DNA of 64,000 nucleotides from a virus (taxonomy: Duplodnaviria; Caudoviricetes). The translations under genes and the position numbers were made by a program. Below are positions 48,414 through 56,896 of the stretch, in pieces. The first letter of the stretch is position 1; each line of letters starts with the position of its first letter. The notes under the pieces were generated by a model, which made no database searches, was not told the origin of the DNA, and was given only the letters and a program-made list of their open reading frames with translations. The DNA lies in the IMG/VR virus record IMGVR_UViG_3300028805_000056, positions 84,552 to 148,551 of that record; one strand, given 5' to 3'.

Positions 48414-49523
48414 ATGGACTACGAAAAACAATTAAAAGAAGCATTGTCGGATGTAAATACACCTTATGTAATTACTTCTTGGATAGAGGAAAACTTTCCC
48501 CAACTCAAAGAATCAAAAGATGAGGGGATAAGAAAGGCGATACTCACAGGTCTTATTGATTGTAGAGACGCACCAGATTTGTGGTGGTCTGATTTTGGCG
48601 GAATCCCTATTGATGATTGTATCGCTTGGCTTGAAAAACAAGGTGAGCAGAATCCTTATAGCGGTACATCATTTGAATACAATGGTCATACTTGGGGTAT
48701 GTGTGCAAGAGACAACGGTGTGGAAATTCTCTTTGATGGAGAACTTAAAGCATTTCTTTCAACAGAAAAATCATTCATCTATCCCATTCATCCTCAACCA
48801 GACCTTACACCTAAAAATGCAATGGAAGCAATCAAGGAAGAAAAGGTTGACAATGCTAATAAGGTTGAACCAAAGTTCAAGGTTGATGATTTTATTAAAC
48901 ACAACAAGGCAAACATTATCTGCAAAGTCATTGCGGTTAATAGTAATGACAATTCTTATTATGTAGAAAATATTGGGATAGATGGTAGTCGAATTGAACT
49001 TTCCAATGCAGAACAAAATTTTCACCTTTGGACTATCCAAGACGCAAAGGAAGGTGATGTGCTTGTAACAGATAATGGTAATACTTTTATATATCACAAA
49101 CATGATAGTAATTATGTATACTATCATTGTTCAATTAACTATTTTGATAACATTACTATAAATTCAAGTTGGAATGTTTTAAGGATTAAGCCAGCGACCA
49201 AAGAACAATGTGACCTCTTATTCCAAAAGATGAAAGAAGCAGGTTATAACTGGGATGCTGAGAAGAAAAAGTTGGGAAAACGTGTGATTGATGAAGGCAA
49301 ATCTGAAATGGACTATTGTTTCACTAAGATGATGAATGGTGGAAAGATAAATCCTGCTTGGAGTGATGTTGATGAGTATACATTATATGAAACAATTAAA
49401 CACCTTGAAGAACTTATTATAATTGATAAATCAAAACATTGCGGTGTTGATGTGCAGTATTATCAAAGAGATATTGATTGGCTCAAAACTTTAAAAGACA
49501 GAATGAAAGGAGGACAATTATGA
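48414..49523 (+). CDS. paralog family E modular protein
   Basis: MDYEK, IAWLEKQ, EPKFKV, HLWTIQDAK.GDVL, PATKEQ.DLLFQKMKEAGY, IDEGK.EMDYC. Confidence 0.9.
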   Translation: MDYEKQLKEALSDVNTPYVITSWIEENFPQLKESKDEGIRKAILTGLIDCRDAPDLWWSDFGGIPIDDCIAWLEKQGEQNPYSGTSFEYNGHTWGMCARDNGVEILFDGELKAFLSTEKSFIYPIHPQPDLTPKNAMEAIKEEKVDNANKVEPKFKVDDFIKHNKANIICKVIAVNSNDNSYYVENIGIDGSRIELSNAEQNFHLWTIQDAKEGDVLVTDNGNTFIYHKHDSNYVYYHCSINYFDNITINSSWNVLRIKPATKEQCDLLFQKMKEAGYNWDAEKKKLGKRVIDEGKSEMDYCFTKMMNGGKINPAWSDVDEYTLYETIKHLEELIIIDKSKHCGVDVQYYQRDIDWLKTLKDRMKGGQL

Positions 49524-49810
49524 AACGTGAAAATTTAAAAGAAGCAGAAACCATTATAAAAAGAATTACAAGGTTTGAGGAAATGATAAAATGGTACGAG
49601 CGGTTTAGTGTGGTAGAAAATTCTCCATATAGCGTATTTGTTAATTTAATAAAATTGGTTTGTGGGAAAAAGAAACGTGCTGAATTAGAAGTGGCGTATA
49701 ATTATGACACTGATTATTCTGTAGGTTTATCCGATGAACAACAGAAAGAACTAATTGAATTAGTCAATAAATGGTTAGCGGAAGATAAGAAAAAGTTGGA
49801 GGAGTTATAA
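49520..49810 (+). CDS. hypothetical protein
   Basis: ATGA overlap. Confidence 0.65.
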   Translation: MKRENLKEAETIIKRITRFEEMIKWYERFSVVENSPYSVFVNLIKLVCGKKKRAELEVAYNYDTDYSVGLSDEQQKELIELVNKWLAEDKKKLEEL

Positions 49811-49812
49811 CT

Positions 49813-50334
49813 ATGATTACACAAGAAGAAAAAGAACTATTACTGAAAGACCTTTGTGCAAGGTTGCCGTATGGTGTTGTGGTCAATTATAATGGGTTAG
49901 CACAACCCCTGTTTAGCGTTGCACCAACACAGCATTTTCAAATCACACTTGATAATGCGTTGGACGGCAAACACAACGGTTTGGCGTATGTCAGCCTTGA
50001 TGTTGATGGTGAAGAACCAAAACCTTATCTTCGTCCAATGTCAAGTATGACAGAGGAAGAAAAAGAAGAATTGCAAAAAATAACCAATAATAAATTTTAT
50101 GCACATTACAATTACATATCAAATTCTAAACCGTCTACAGATAGCGAATGGCATACTCCACACAATAATTTTGTAACAAGTGTTGAATGCAACAAGACCA
50201 TCTCGTGGTTGGATGAAAAATATTTTGACCATAGAACTGATGAAGAAGGAAAAACATTAATTGAAAAAGGTCTTGCATTGGAAGCACCTGAAGGAATGTA
50301 CAATAAAAAGAGCAGTTATGAAACAAGAAGATAA
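49813..50334 (+). CDS. paralog family A protein
   Basis: TQEEKELLLKDLCARLPYG / KPYLRPMSSMTEEE / LIEKGLALE. Confidence 0.88.
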   Translation: MITQEEKELLLKDLCARLPYGVVVNYNGLAQPLFSVAPTQHFQITLDNALDGKHNGLAYVSLDVDGEEPKPYLRPMSSMTEEEKEELQKITNNKFYAHYNYISNSKPSTDSEWHTPHNNFVTSVECNKTISWLDEKYFDHRTDEEGKTLIEKGLALEAPEGMYNKKSSYETRR

Positions 50335-50767
50335 AGAACTACTGTTAAAAGACCTCTGTTCGAGGTTGCCTTATGGGGTAAAATGTATATTATCAGAATA
50401 TCACATAGAAGAATTTCCGTACAATGGAACATATTGTGATAAAGTCCTTAATTTGGGGATAAACGGTTCTACAATAAATTTATTAAACCATATAGAAAAA
50501 TATGGTGTTAAACCATATCTCCGTCCAATGTCAAGTATGACTGAGGAAGAAAAAAGAGAAATTTACAATTGGCTTGTGGAAAATGATGTTGATTGGTTTG
50601 ATTTTAGCAAACTCAGACTTGATGAAATACTAATATCATTTGACAGTTCTTGGTTGCTTGTAAATTGGCTTAACGCTCATCATTTCGACTATCGAGGACT
50701 GATTGAGAAAGGCTTGGCTATTGAAGTAACAGAAGATAATAATCCGTATGAACAGAACAAATCCTAA
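50318..50767 (+). CDS. paralog family A protein
   Basis: MKQEDKELLLKDLCSRLPYG / KPYLRPMSSMTEEE / HFDYRGLIEKGLAIEVTEDNNPY. Confidence 0.88.
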   Translation: MKQEDKELLLKDLCSRLPYGVKCILSEYHIEEFPYNGTYCDKVLNLGINGSTINLLNHIEKYGVKPYLRPMSSMTEEEKREIYNWLVENDVDWFDFSKLRLDEILISFDSSWLLVNWLNAHHFDYRGLIEKGLAIEVTEDNNPYEQNKS

Positions 50768-50879
50768 TTGTGAAGGTTGTATCCATATGGGAATAAGTGG
50801 ATGCTGTAGATATTGCAATACAGAAAAAGAATGTAAGAATAATAGTAATTATGAAAACAAAAATTTGTACAACTATTGA
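50748..50879 (+). CDS. small Cys-rich protein (43 aa)
   Basis: MNRTNPNCEGCIH...CCRYC; ATG embedded in family A tail as at 38645. Confidence 0.5.
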   Translation: MNRTNPNCEGCIHMGISGCCRYCNTEKECKNNSNYENKNLYNY

Positions 50880-51249
50880 ACAATCCAAGAAACTACTAGA
50901 ACTTGGGATTGATATTAATACTGCTGATATGCACTATTCTACTTGGACAATTTTGAATGGAGAATATATTTTATCTCCAAATCAAGGAGAAACAATAGAA
51001 GAACTACAAGAAGATTATGGAAATCAGGTTATTCCTGCTTGGAGTCTTGCTGCATTACTGAGTATTATACCAAAGCATATTGGTGATTCAGTATTTAGAA
51101 TGGATATGGGTGAAACTGATATTGCTTTATGGTTTGATGATTTATCATCTGGTACAGTAGACGAAAATTTACCGGATATTACAGAAGAAAATTTTGTTGA
51201 TGCCGCATTTGAAGTGATATTGAAGTTAAAGGAGAAAGGCTTACTATGA
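50851..51249 (+). CDS. paralog family D protein
   Basis: Family D anchors. Confidence 0.88.
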   Translation: MKTKICTTIEQSKKLLELGIDINTADMHYSTWTILNGEYILSPNQGETIEELQEDYGNQVIPAWSLAALLSIIPKHIGDSVFRMDMGETDIALWFDDLSSGTVDENLPDITEENFVDAAFEVILKLKEKGLL

Positions 51250-51312
51250 GTGATGATGTTATATTAGGAGAAGAAGCACTAATAGAATTATATAGTAAAA
51301 TCAACTAATATT

Positions 51313-51633
51313 ATGACAAAGGAAGAACTTAATCAGTTAATGCAAGGAAAAGACGAAGTTGAGGTTATTCTTTATACTGCTTCTTCACCCGTTGGTTTAT
51401 GCTATAAATTTGATACTTTTGGAGAATTCGTAGAGTTAATTAAAAATCAAAATGAAGAGAAAACAAATGAATTATCCGAAGAAGATATAAAGAATTTAAA
51501 TAGAATATCAACGATTCTTTATGAAGCTGGTCAAGTACAAAATTGGTGGAAAGAAGAGAGATTAATTCCAAGAGAAGAGTCAGATTATTTATGTAATTGG
51601 CTTAAATCATTATATAATAAATTAAAGTTATGA
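51313..51633 (+). CDS. chimeric protein with family E C-terminal module
   Basis: LSEED..NLN....NWLKSL on unrelated N-half. Confidence 0.7.
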   Translation: MTKEELNQLMQGKDEVEVILYTASSPVGLCYKFDTFGEFVELIKNQNEEKTNELSEEDIKNLNRISTILYEAGQVQNWWKEERLIPREESDYLCNWLKSLYNKLKL

Positions 51634-51908
51634 AACTGATAGACAAAGACGCTTTAGTAGCAGAGATAGATAAACAAAAGATTGGTTATAATACAGATGG
51701 TAATCATTCCGTAGAGTATGATACAACAAGAAAGATTCTTGACATCATCAACACCCTTTCAGTGAAAGAGGTGGACTTGGAGAAAGAGGTTAAAGATTAT
51801 ATCTACACACTTCCACATTCACGTACAGGTATTCCTGGAGGTTGGAAATGCTCTTGGCCAGAGGAAGAAGTAATAAAAATTGTAAAACATTTTTTGGACT
51901 TGGATTAA
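51630..51908 (+). CDS. paralog family C protein, frameshifted tail
   Basis: MKLIDKDAL / NTLSVKEVDLEKE; tail continues in another frame. Confidence 0.8.
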   Translation: MKLIDKDALVAEIDKQKIGYNTDGNHSVEYDTTRKILDIINTLSVKEVDLEKEVKDYIYTLPHSRTGIPGGWKCSWPEEEVIKIVKHFLDLD

Positions 51909-52053
51909 AAGCAAAGAAAGGAGAGGGAAATGAATAACTACATAAACGCAATGTATTACATGTATTATAATTACGGAGGCTATAATTTTTATACAAATAA
52001 AATAAAAAGAATACATAACAAAAGAAAACTTAAATCACAAAAAGAAGAATATT

Positions 52054-52350
52054 ATGAAACTGATTGACAAAGACAAAATTGTGGCGGAGATAGAAAGAAT
52101 TACAGATGTTCTTGAAAAGAATAGCGGTTATTATGGAATTTTTGGTGACGCTCAGATGTCAATTTGTGAAAAAATTCTTTCTTTCCTTGACACCCTTTCA
52201 GTGAAAGAGGTGGACTTGGAGAAGTATTATCACGACTTTTTACAAAAGGAATGGTTTGATAAAAATTGTAATAGAACAATGTCGGAAATGATGGCTTTTA
52301 CCGCAAAACATTTCTTTGAATTAGGCATTAAAGTACAGAAAGGAGAATAA
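52054..52350 (+). CDS. paralog family C protein
   Basis: MKLIDKD / DTLSVKEVDLEK / AKHFFELGIKVQKGE. Confidence 0.88.
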   Translation: MKLIDKDKIVAEIERITDVLEKNSGYYGIFGDAQMSICEKILSFLDTLSVKEVDLEKYYHDFLQKEWFDKNCNRTMSEMMAFTAKHFFELGIKVQKGE

Positions 52351-52351
52351 T

Positions 52352-52552
52352 ATGAAGGTCAGAAATTTGATAAAGTTCTTAATGGACTTTGATATGGATG
52401 CGGAAATTGTTGTTAGTACTGACAACACTTTTGATGATTACGAAGAAATGGATATATCATGGGGAGGACCAAATTATGGTGACGGTGCGGGTAAAGAAGA
52501 TGCAGAGTTTATCTACATTAATAATTTAATAGATAACAGACCAGAAACATGA
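52352..52552 (+). CDS. hypothetical protein
   Basis: MKVRNLIKFLMDFDMDAEIV. Confidence 0.65.
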   Translation: MKVRNLIKFLMDFDMDAEIVVSTDNTFDDYEEMDISWGGPNYGDGAGKEDAEFIYINNLIDNRPET

Positions 52553-52759
52553 AAGGAGAATAAAGTTATGATAAAGAAGTTTCTCAACAGACTATTTTGT
52601 AATCATTGTTACGTATATAGACAAGATATAATTAAAACATTTCATGAGGCGGATTTTTCTGATTTTGGGTATAATACGTGGTCAGAAAGATATGAAGTAT
52701 ATGAGTGTATAAAATGTGGGAAAAAGAAATATAAACACATTGATTGAAAATGGTAAGAT

Positions 52760-52972
52760 ATGACACAAGAAATAATTGATAAAGCAAACAAACTTAAGCA
52801 CGATATTGATCGTTATGAAATTGTTATTAGGTATACTCACACAAATTGTCTAAGATTTGATGGTATGATTGGAATAGGTGATGTTAGTGACGATAAAGAA
52901 CTTGCTAAACTTATCCATGACCACTGCAAGAAAAAACAAAGAGAATTAAAGGAAGAATATGATAACCTATGA
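52760..52972 (+). CDS. hypothetical protein
   Basis: MTQE start. Confidence 0.65.
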   Translation: MTQEIIDKANKLKHDIDRYEIVIRYTHTNCLRFDGMIGIGDVSDDKELAKLIHDHCKKKQRELKEEYDNL

Positions 52973-53002
52973 CACGAGAAGAAAAAGAAAAACATTGAAA
53001 TA

Positions 53003-53410
53003 ATGGCTAAATTTAAGAATAAACAAAAAGTAAATTATCCATATCATAAGTATTCTTTTGATAAAAATATTGCAAATGAATGGAATTATGAGTCATATAG
53101 ATATTGGTTAATTTGCGATGAAGGAAGACCAAAACCTCCGGCACAGCGTGAAACTAATTTTTTCTTTAAGTATGGATTGAAAAATAAAATTACAGGAAGA
53201 AGTGTATTGTCATACCTATCTAAAGAACAAGTTAAATTTGTTGAAAAATGGGTGGCATTTACGAAATCTGAACGTAAACAAGTACTTAAGGAAATACCTG
53301 ATGTTTTACATATAATCAATAAAACAATGTATCAGGCAAAAATTCAGTATTGGTATGACATATATAAAGCAAAAGGATTGATTAATGAACAAAATGAAAA
53401 AGTGGTTTAG
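53003..53410 (+). CDS. hypothetical protein
   Basis: 135-aa ORF. Confidence 0.65.
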   Translation: MAKFKNKQKVNYPYHKYSFDKNIANEWNYESYRYWLICDEGRPKPPAQRETNFFFKYGLKNKITGRSVLSYLSKEQVKFVEKWVAFTKSERKQVLKEIPDVLHIINKTMYQAKIQYWYDIYKAKGLINEQNEKVV

Positions 53411-53636
53411 ATTTAGCATATATAGAGATAAAGAAAAAAAGAAATTAGTAATTCATTGGAATTGGCATGTACCTCATATTCCACTTGAAGATATTGAATA
53501 TTCTAAATCCCCTAATATGCATCAATTAGTATTTTGTGTAACCGACAAACTATATTGGGTGTTTGCTAAAACTTGGGAAGGAAAATATGAATTCTTCCGT
53601 AAGACAACGAATGACCATTGTGCTTGTGGAGGATAA
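53385..53636 (+). CDS. hypothetical protein
   Basis: ORF overlapping upstream stop. Confidence 0.55.
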   Translation: MNKMKKWFRFSIYRDKEKKKLVIHWNWHVPHIPLEDIEYSKSPNMHQLVFCVTDKLYWVFAKTWEGKYEFFRKTTNDHCACGG

Positions 53637-53639
53637 GTT

Positions 53640-53933
53640 ATGGAAAAACATTGTAGAATTTGTGCAGAATGTAAGTATTGGGAAACGGGTGACTTTTGGG
53701 GCAGCGGTTCCGGAAAGCATGGCTTGCTCATAGAAAGTAAGGGTTGGTGCGTCGCAAAAAAGAACAAACGTAAACGTTGGAATTATTGCCCGTCGTGTAA
53801 ACTTTTTGAAAAAGAGCCGAAAAGAGGATTCATTTATGAAGGCGGCGGAGGTAAAACCATTGAGGAGGATTTATGTAACATTGCAGGATTAATGAGTGAA
53901 TTAGTGGAAGATAATATGACAGTTTCGGACTAA
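53640..53933 (+). CDS. Cys-rich hypothetical protein
   Basis: CRICAECKYW, GWC, CPSCKLF. Confidence 0.65.
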   Translation: MEKHCRICAECKYWETGDFWGSGSGKHGLLIESKGWCVAKKNKRKRWNYCPSCKLFEKEPKRGFIYEGGGGKTIEEDLCNIAGLMSELVEDNMTVSD

Positions 53934-53977
53934 TTTATATTTATATATAAATAACGCTATTCACTAAATAGACTACA

Positions 53978-55471
53978 ATGGGCATTTTCAAAAGAATTAA
54001 AAAGACCTTTTCAGAATTGTTTACAAAATTTAAAACATTTCTAAGTATCGGAAATAAGGTAGATACAACTGATACTGTTGTCACTGTTAAACCAACAACA
54101 ACTGAGATGAAGACAAAGGACATAAACGAACCATATGATAAAGAAAATATCAAAAATGGTGAGATTGGCGCCTATATAATTTTTGACAAAAGCAAGGGCG
54201 CCGTTATTACAGATGATTTCATTAAAAACCTCAAAGAACTTGGCGTAAACATTGTCTATTTCAACACACCAAGAAATAAATCGGTACCGGAGACATATCT
54301 ATCCTATGACGAATGGTTTAATATTTTTGAACAATTCAAAAGCAGTGGTATAAAACTGATGCTTTACATATATGAGACAATGGATAAAAAGGATGCCGAG
54401 GGAAATGTCATCTACAAAAGTTGGACTGAGACACAGATAAAAACTATCTCCACAAATGAATCCTTCTACGGATGGATAGCAGAAGATGAAGTGGGATATA
54501 CTCAGTTTAAGTTGTCCAAGGCTTGGATAACCAAGTTTCATTCCCAAAAGTTTAAAGACGGGACAAGGAAGTGGCCAAATATGTCAATATGTTTCTTCCC
54601 TAAAACACCAAGATTGGTAAATCAGGGCGCAATTGGTGGTGACTATGATAGATATCTCGAAACATATGCCAATTCCGCCGACATATTCTTTGCTGATATG
54701 TACCCCACATCTTCAGTATGGACAAGTAAGGAGGTCTATGATATATCGGGAAACGGTAAAACGGTTTATAGTGATACGGAAGGCGGTAAAAATTGGTGCA
54801 GTTATCTACAGTCACAAATGATGTTTACCAACAACCATCCCGAGTCAGTACACAGACTGTATATGCATGTTTGTAAACACGTCACAAAAGATGATAATGG
54901 CGAGTTGTTTGTGGCAAGATATAAGCCAACGGAAATCACAGTAAAGGTACAATCATATGCAAACCTAATGGCGGGTTCAAATGGATTAATGCTCTTCGTG
55001 GTTGTTGATATACCCGGTTCGGAAGAATACGCCGGTTTTACTGAGGCGGCATTCAGTGTAGACCTTAAACCAAACAAATACACATACAATCTTCTAAAGG
55101 ACTTCTATAACAGTGCAAAGTTCAAGAACTTCAAGAAGATTATGGTTAATCTTCATCCCGATAAAATAACCTACTACAATAGGGAAAATGTCTTTAATGA
55201 AGGGGAAAAGAATGAATTCATTGAGGCTTTCGAAAATGGTTCTGAGGTATTTGTTTCATATGCACATAACAAAAACACAAAGTATTGCATAATCCTAAAT
55301 GCCTCATTGGAAAACAAGACAAGTGTCAAGATTAAAAAGGGTAACTACCTCTTGGACCTTGAAAAGGAAACCAAGAGAGAAACCGAAATCGAGAAACTAA
55401 TAATTGTACCAGGAGAAATCATTGTGATTAAAAAACCAACATCACTATTTGAAAAAAATCCTGTCATTTAA
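53978..55471 (+). CDS. putative TIM-barrel glycoside hydrolase-like protein
   Basis: FYGWIAEDEV, ADMYP, QSYANLMAG; paralog of 41727; TATTTAT at 53938; N-terminal amphipathic helix. Confidence 0.6.
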   Translation: MGIFKRIKKTFSELFTKFKTFLSIGNKVDTTDTVVTVKPTTTEMKTKDINEPYDKENIKNGEIGAYIIFDKSKGAVITDDFIKNLKELGVNIVYFNTPRNKSVPETYLSYDEWFNIFEQFKSSGIKLMLYIYETMDKKDAEGNVIYKSWTETQIKTISTNESFYGWIAEDEVGYTQFKLSKAWITKFHSQKFKDGTRKWPNMSICFFPKTPRLVNQGAIGGDYDRYLETYANSADIFFADMYPTSSVWTSKEVYDISGNGKTVYSDTEGGKNWCSYLQSQMMFTNNHPESVHRLYMHVCKHVTKDDNGELFVARYKPTEITVKVQSYANLMAGSNGLMLFVVVDIPGSEEYAGFTEAAFSVDLKPNKYTYNLLKDFYNSAKFKNFKKIMVNLHPDKITYYNRENVFNEGEKNEFIEAFENGSEVFVSYAHNKNTKYCIILNASLENKTSVKIKKGNYLLDLEKETKRETEIEKLIIVPGEIIVIKKPTSLFEKNPVI

Positions 55472-55491
55472 CATAATTTAACATAAATTGT

Positions 55492-55522
55492 TTTGTTTTT
55501 TACGTAAAAAACCGTACCTTTG
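55492..55522 (+). promoter_or_regulatory. class I sigma-A promoter
   Basis: TTTG-N19-TACCTTTG. Confidence 0.8.
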
Positions 55523-55546
55523 CACTGTCAAACAAAAAGATAAAAT

Positions 55547-55750
55547 ATGAGAAACAAACACTACGTCGAAGTTATTTCGGTTCCCGAAATGCATTCCTAT
55601 GACACTACTGTCGGAAAATGTACACTGCATAAAATGCTATACCTCGTTACAAAACGCAGGTGGTATTGGAAGGATAAGGTGGTTACCATTTATGACGACC
55701 CAGTTGTTGCACTCGATTACTGCAATAATCTGAATAAAGGAATACTCTAA
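55547..55750 (+). CDS. hypothetical protein
   Basis: First ORF after promoter. Confidence 0.6.
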   Translation: MRNKHYVEVISVPEMHSYDTTVGKCTLHKMLYLVTKRRWYWKDKVVTIYDDPVVALDYCNNLNKGIL

Positions 55751-55765
55751 ACTATTTATAAACAT

Positions 55766-55993
55766 ATGAAACTGTCAAAACCAACAAAGAGCAATGATCA
55801 GGCGGTCATCATAAAGATGATTAGCCGAAACGAGGAATTGGAACGGAATCAGGGAAAGTTCGTTTCAAAAAACAGGGCACACCTGAACAAGAAGAAATAT
55901 CATAGACACCTACAAAAAAATGGCTTGAGAAAAGAACTCTCAAGCCATTTTCATTTTGGTAAATATGCCGAAATTCTCATTCCTTGCCTTTGA
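55766..55993 (+). CDS. small basic hypothetical protein
   Basis: 75-aa ORF. Confidence 0.5.
   Translation: MKLSKPTKSNDQAVIIKMISRNEELERNQGKFVSKNRAHLNKKKYHRHLQKNGLRKELSSHFHFGKYAEILIPCL
55917..55951. terminator. bidirectional terminator-like hairpin
   Basis: AAAATGGCTTGAGA/TCTCAAGCCATTTT near the junction of convergent units. Confidence 0.7.
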
Positions 55994-56888
55994 AATCGTA
56001 TCCGTAGATATTGTTGTTCTCGTCGAACGTGTAGCTCTCGTATCTCTTAAAATACTCGTCTTGTTCTTCCTGAGGATAATCCGTCAGTTTCTCTCTGTCC
56101 CTTTTTTCAAGAGCGCCCCTGTCAATCCAGGAACCCAATCCATAATGGATACAGATACACTCCCAGTTTTTATCTTCATGCCTGTGATAATTGGCATCAC
56201 ATAAAAACTGTGTATTTAATACATACACTGATTTTTCTGAATTTGGGTCTTTAAGGAACTTCTTGTAATTCTCCAAATCATCCACAAGATATCTCTTATA
56301 ACCATTTTTCACTAAAACATCAGTTATTTTGTGCTCAATGTAGTCTTCAGTGAAATTGTCTGCACAATATGATTTGTCATGTATAAAGTAATCGTCTTCA
56401 ATGAAATTACTGTTATCATAAAAATCCAAAATCAACTTCAATATCGGACTGTGTTTCTCAAAACCGAATACACCACCGTCAAATGTACAGCCATAGTCAC
56501 CATAAATGCCCGTAATGTGCGGGTATCTCTTCCCCGGGTCCTTTTCCTGATCACCCCATGTTATATATTTTGCGCCACAAAAATAAGGGAGGTCCAATAA
56601 CTCATCAAATGGCTTGATGACTTCAACGTCACCATCCATATATATCCCTCCGTAATTGTACAGTGTCCAAATCCTTATGTAATCCGTCGCATATGCCCAC
56701 TTCTTCAGGGCATAAGCCTGTAAAAGAAACTTCGATATCGAACAATCAAAGTTCTTCGCATTATACGTCCTTATTTCATAACCGTAGTCCTTTAGTTTCT
56801 CCTGTGAATAAAAACACTGCCCAATCTTACTGTCCTTGTCCGGTAGTTCATCAGACATCCAAACCCTATGTACAATCTTAGGTATCAT
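55977..56888 (-). CDS. glycosyltransferase, GT32 / DXD sugar-binding family
   Basis: MIPKIVH.VW, DYIR...LY.YGGIYMDGDVE. Confidence 0.88.
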   Translation of the reverse strand: MIPKIVHRVWMSDELPDKDSKIGQCFYSQEKLKDYGYEIRTYNAKNFDCSISKFLLQAYALKKWAYATDYIRIWTLYNYGGIYMDGDVEVIKPFDELLDLPYFCGAKYITWGDQEKDPGKRYPHITGIYGDYGCTFDGGVFGFEKHSPILKLILDFYDNSNFIEDDYFIHDKSYCADNFTEDYIEHKITDVLVKNGYKRYLVDDLENYKKFLKDPNSEKSVYVLNTQFLCDANYHRHEDKNWECICIHYGLGSWIDRGALEKRDREKLTDYPQEEQDEYFKRYESYTFDENNNIYGYDFKGKE

Positions 56889-56896
56889 AATGAAAT

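Noticed and set aside
32052-52563. CRISPR array or classical integron
   Set aside because: Repeats are coding, degenerate and irregularly spaced; no cas gene, integrase or attC-like palindrome was seen.
32052-52563. Diversity-generating retroelement
   Set aside because: No reverse transcriptase, and no TR/VR pair differing only at adenines; variable cores differ in length and wholesale.
55766-55993. ArfA-like ribosome rescue peptide
   Set aside because: Only a basic KKKYHR stretch and an internal hairpin; too weak to call.
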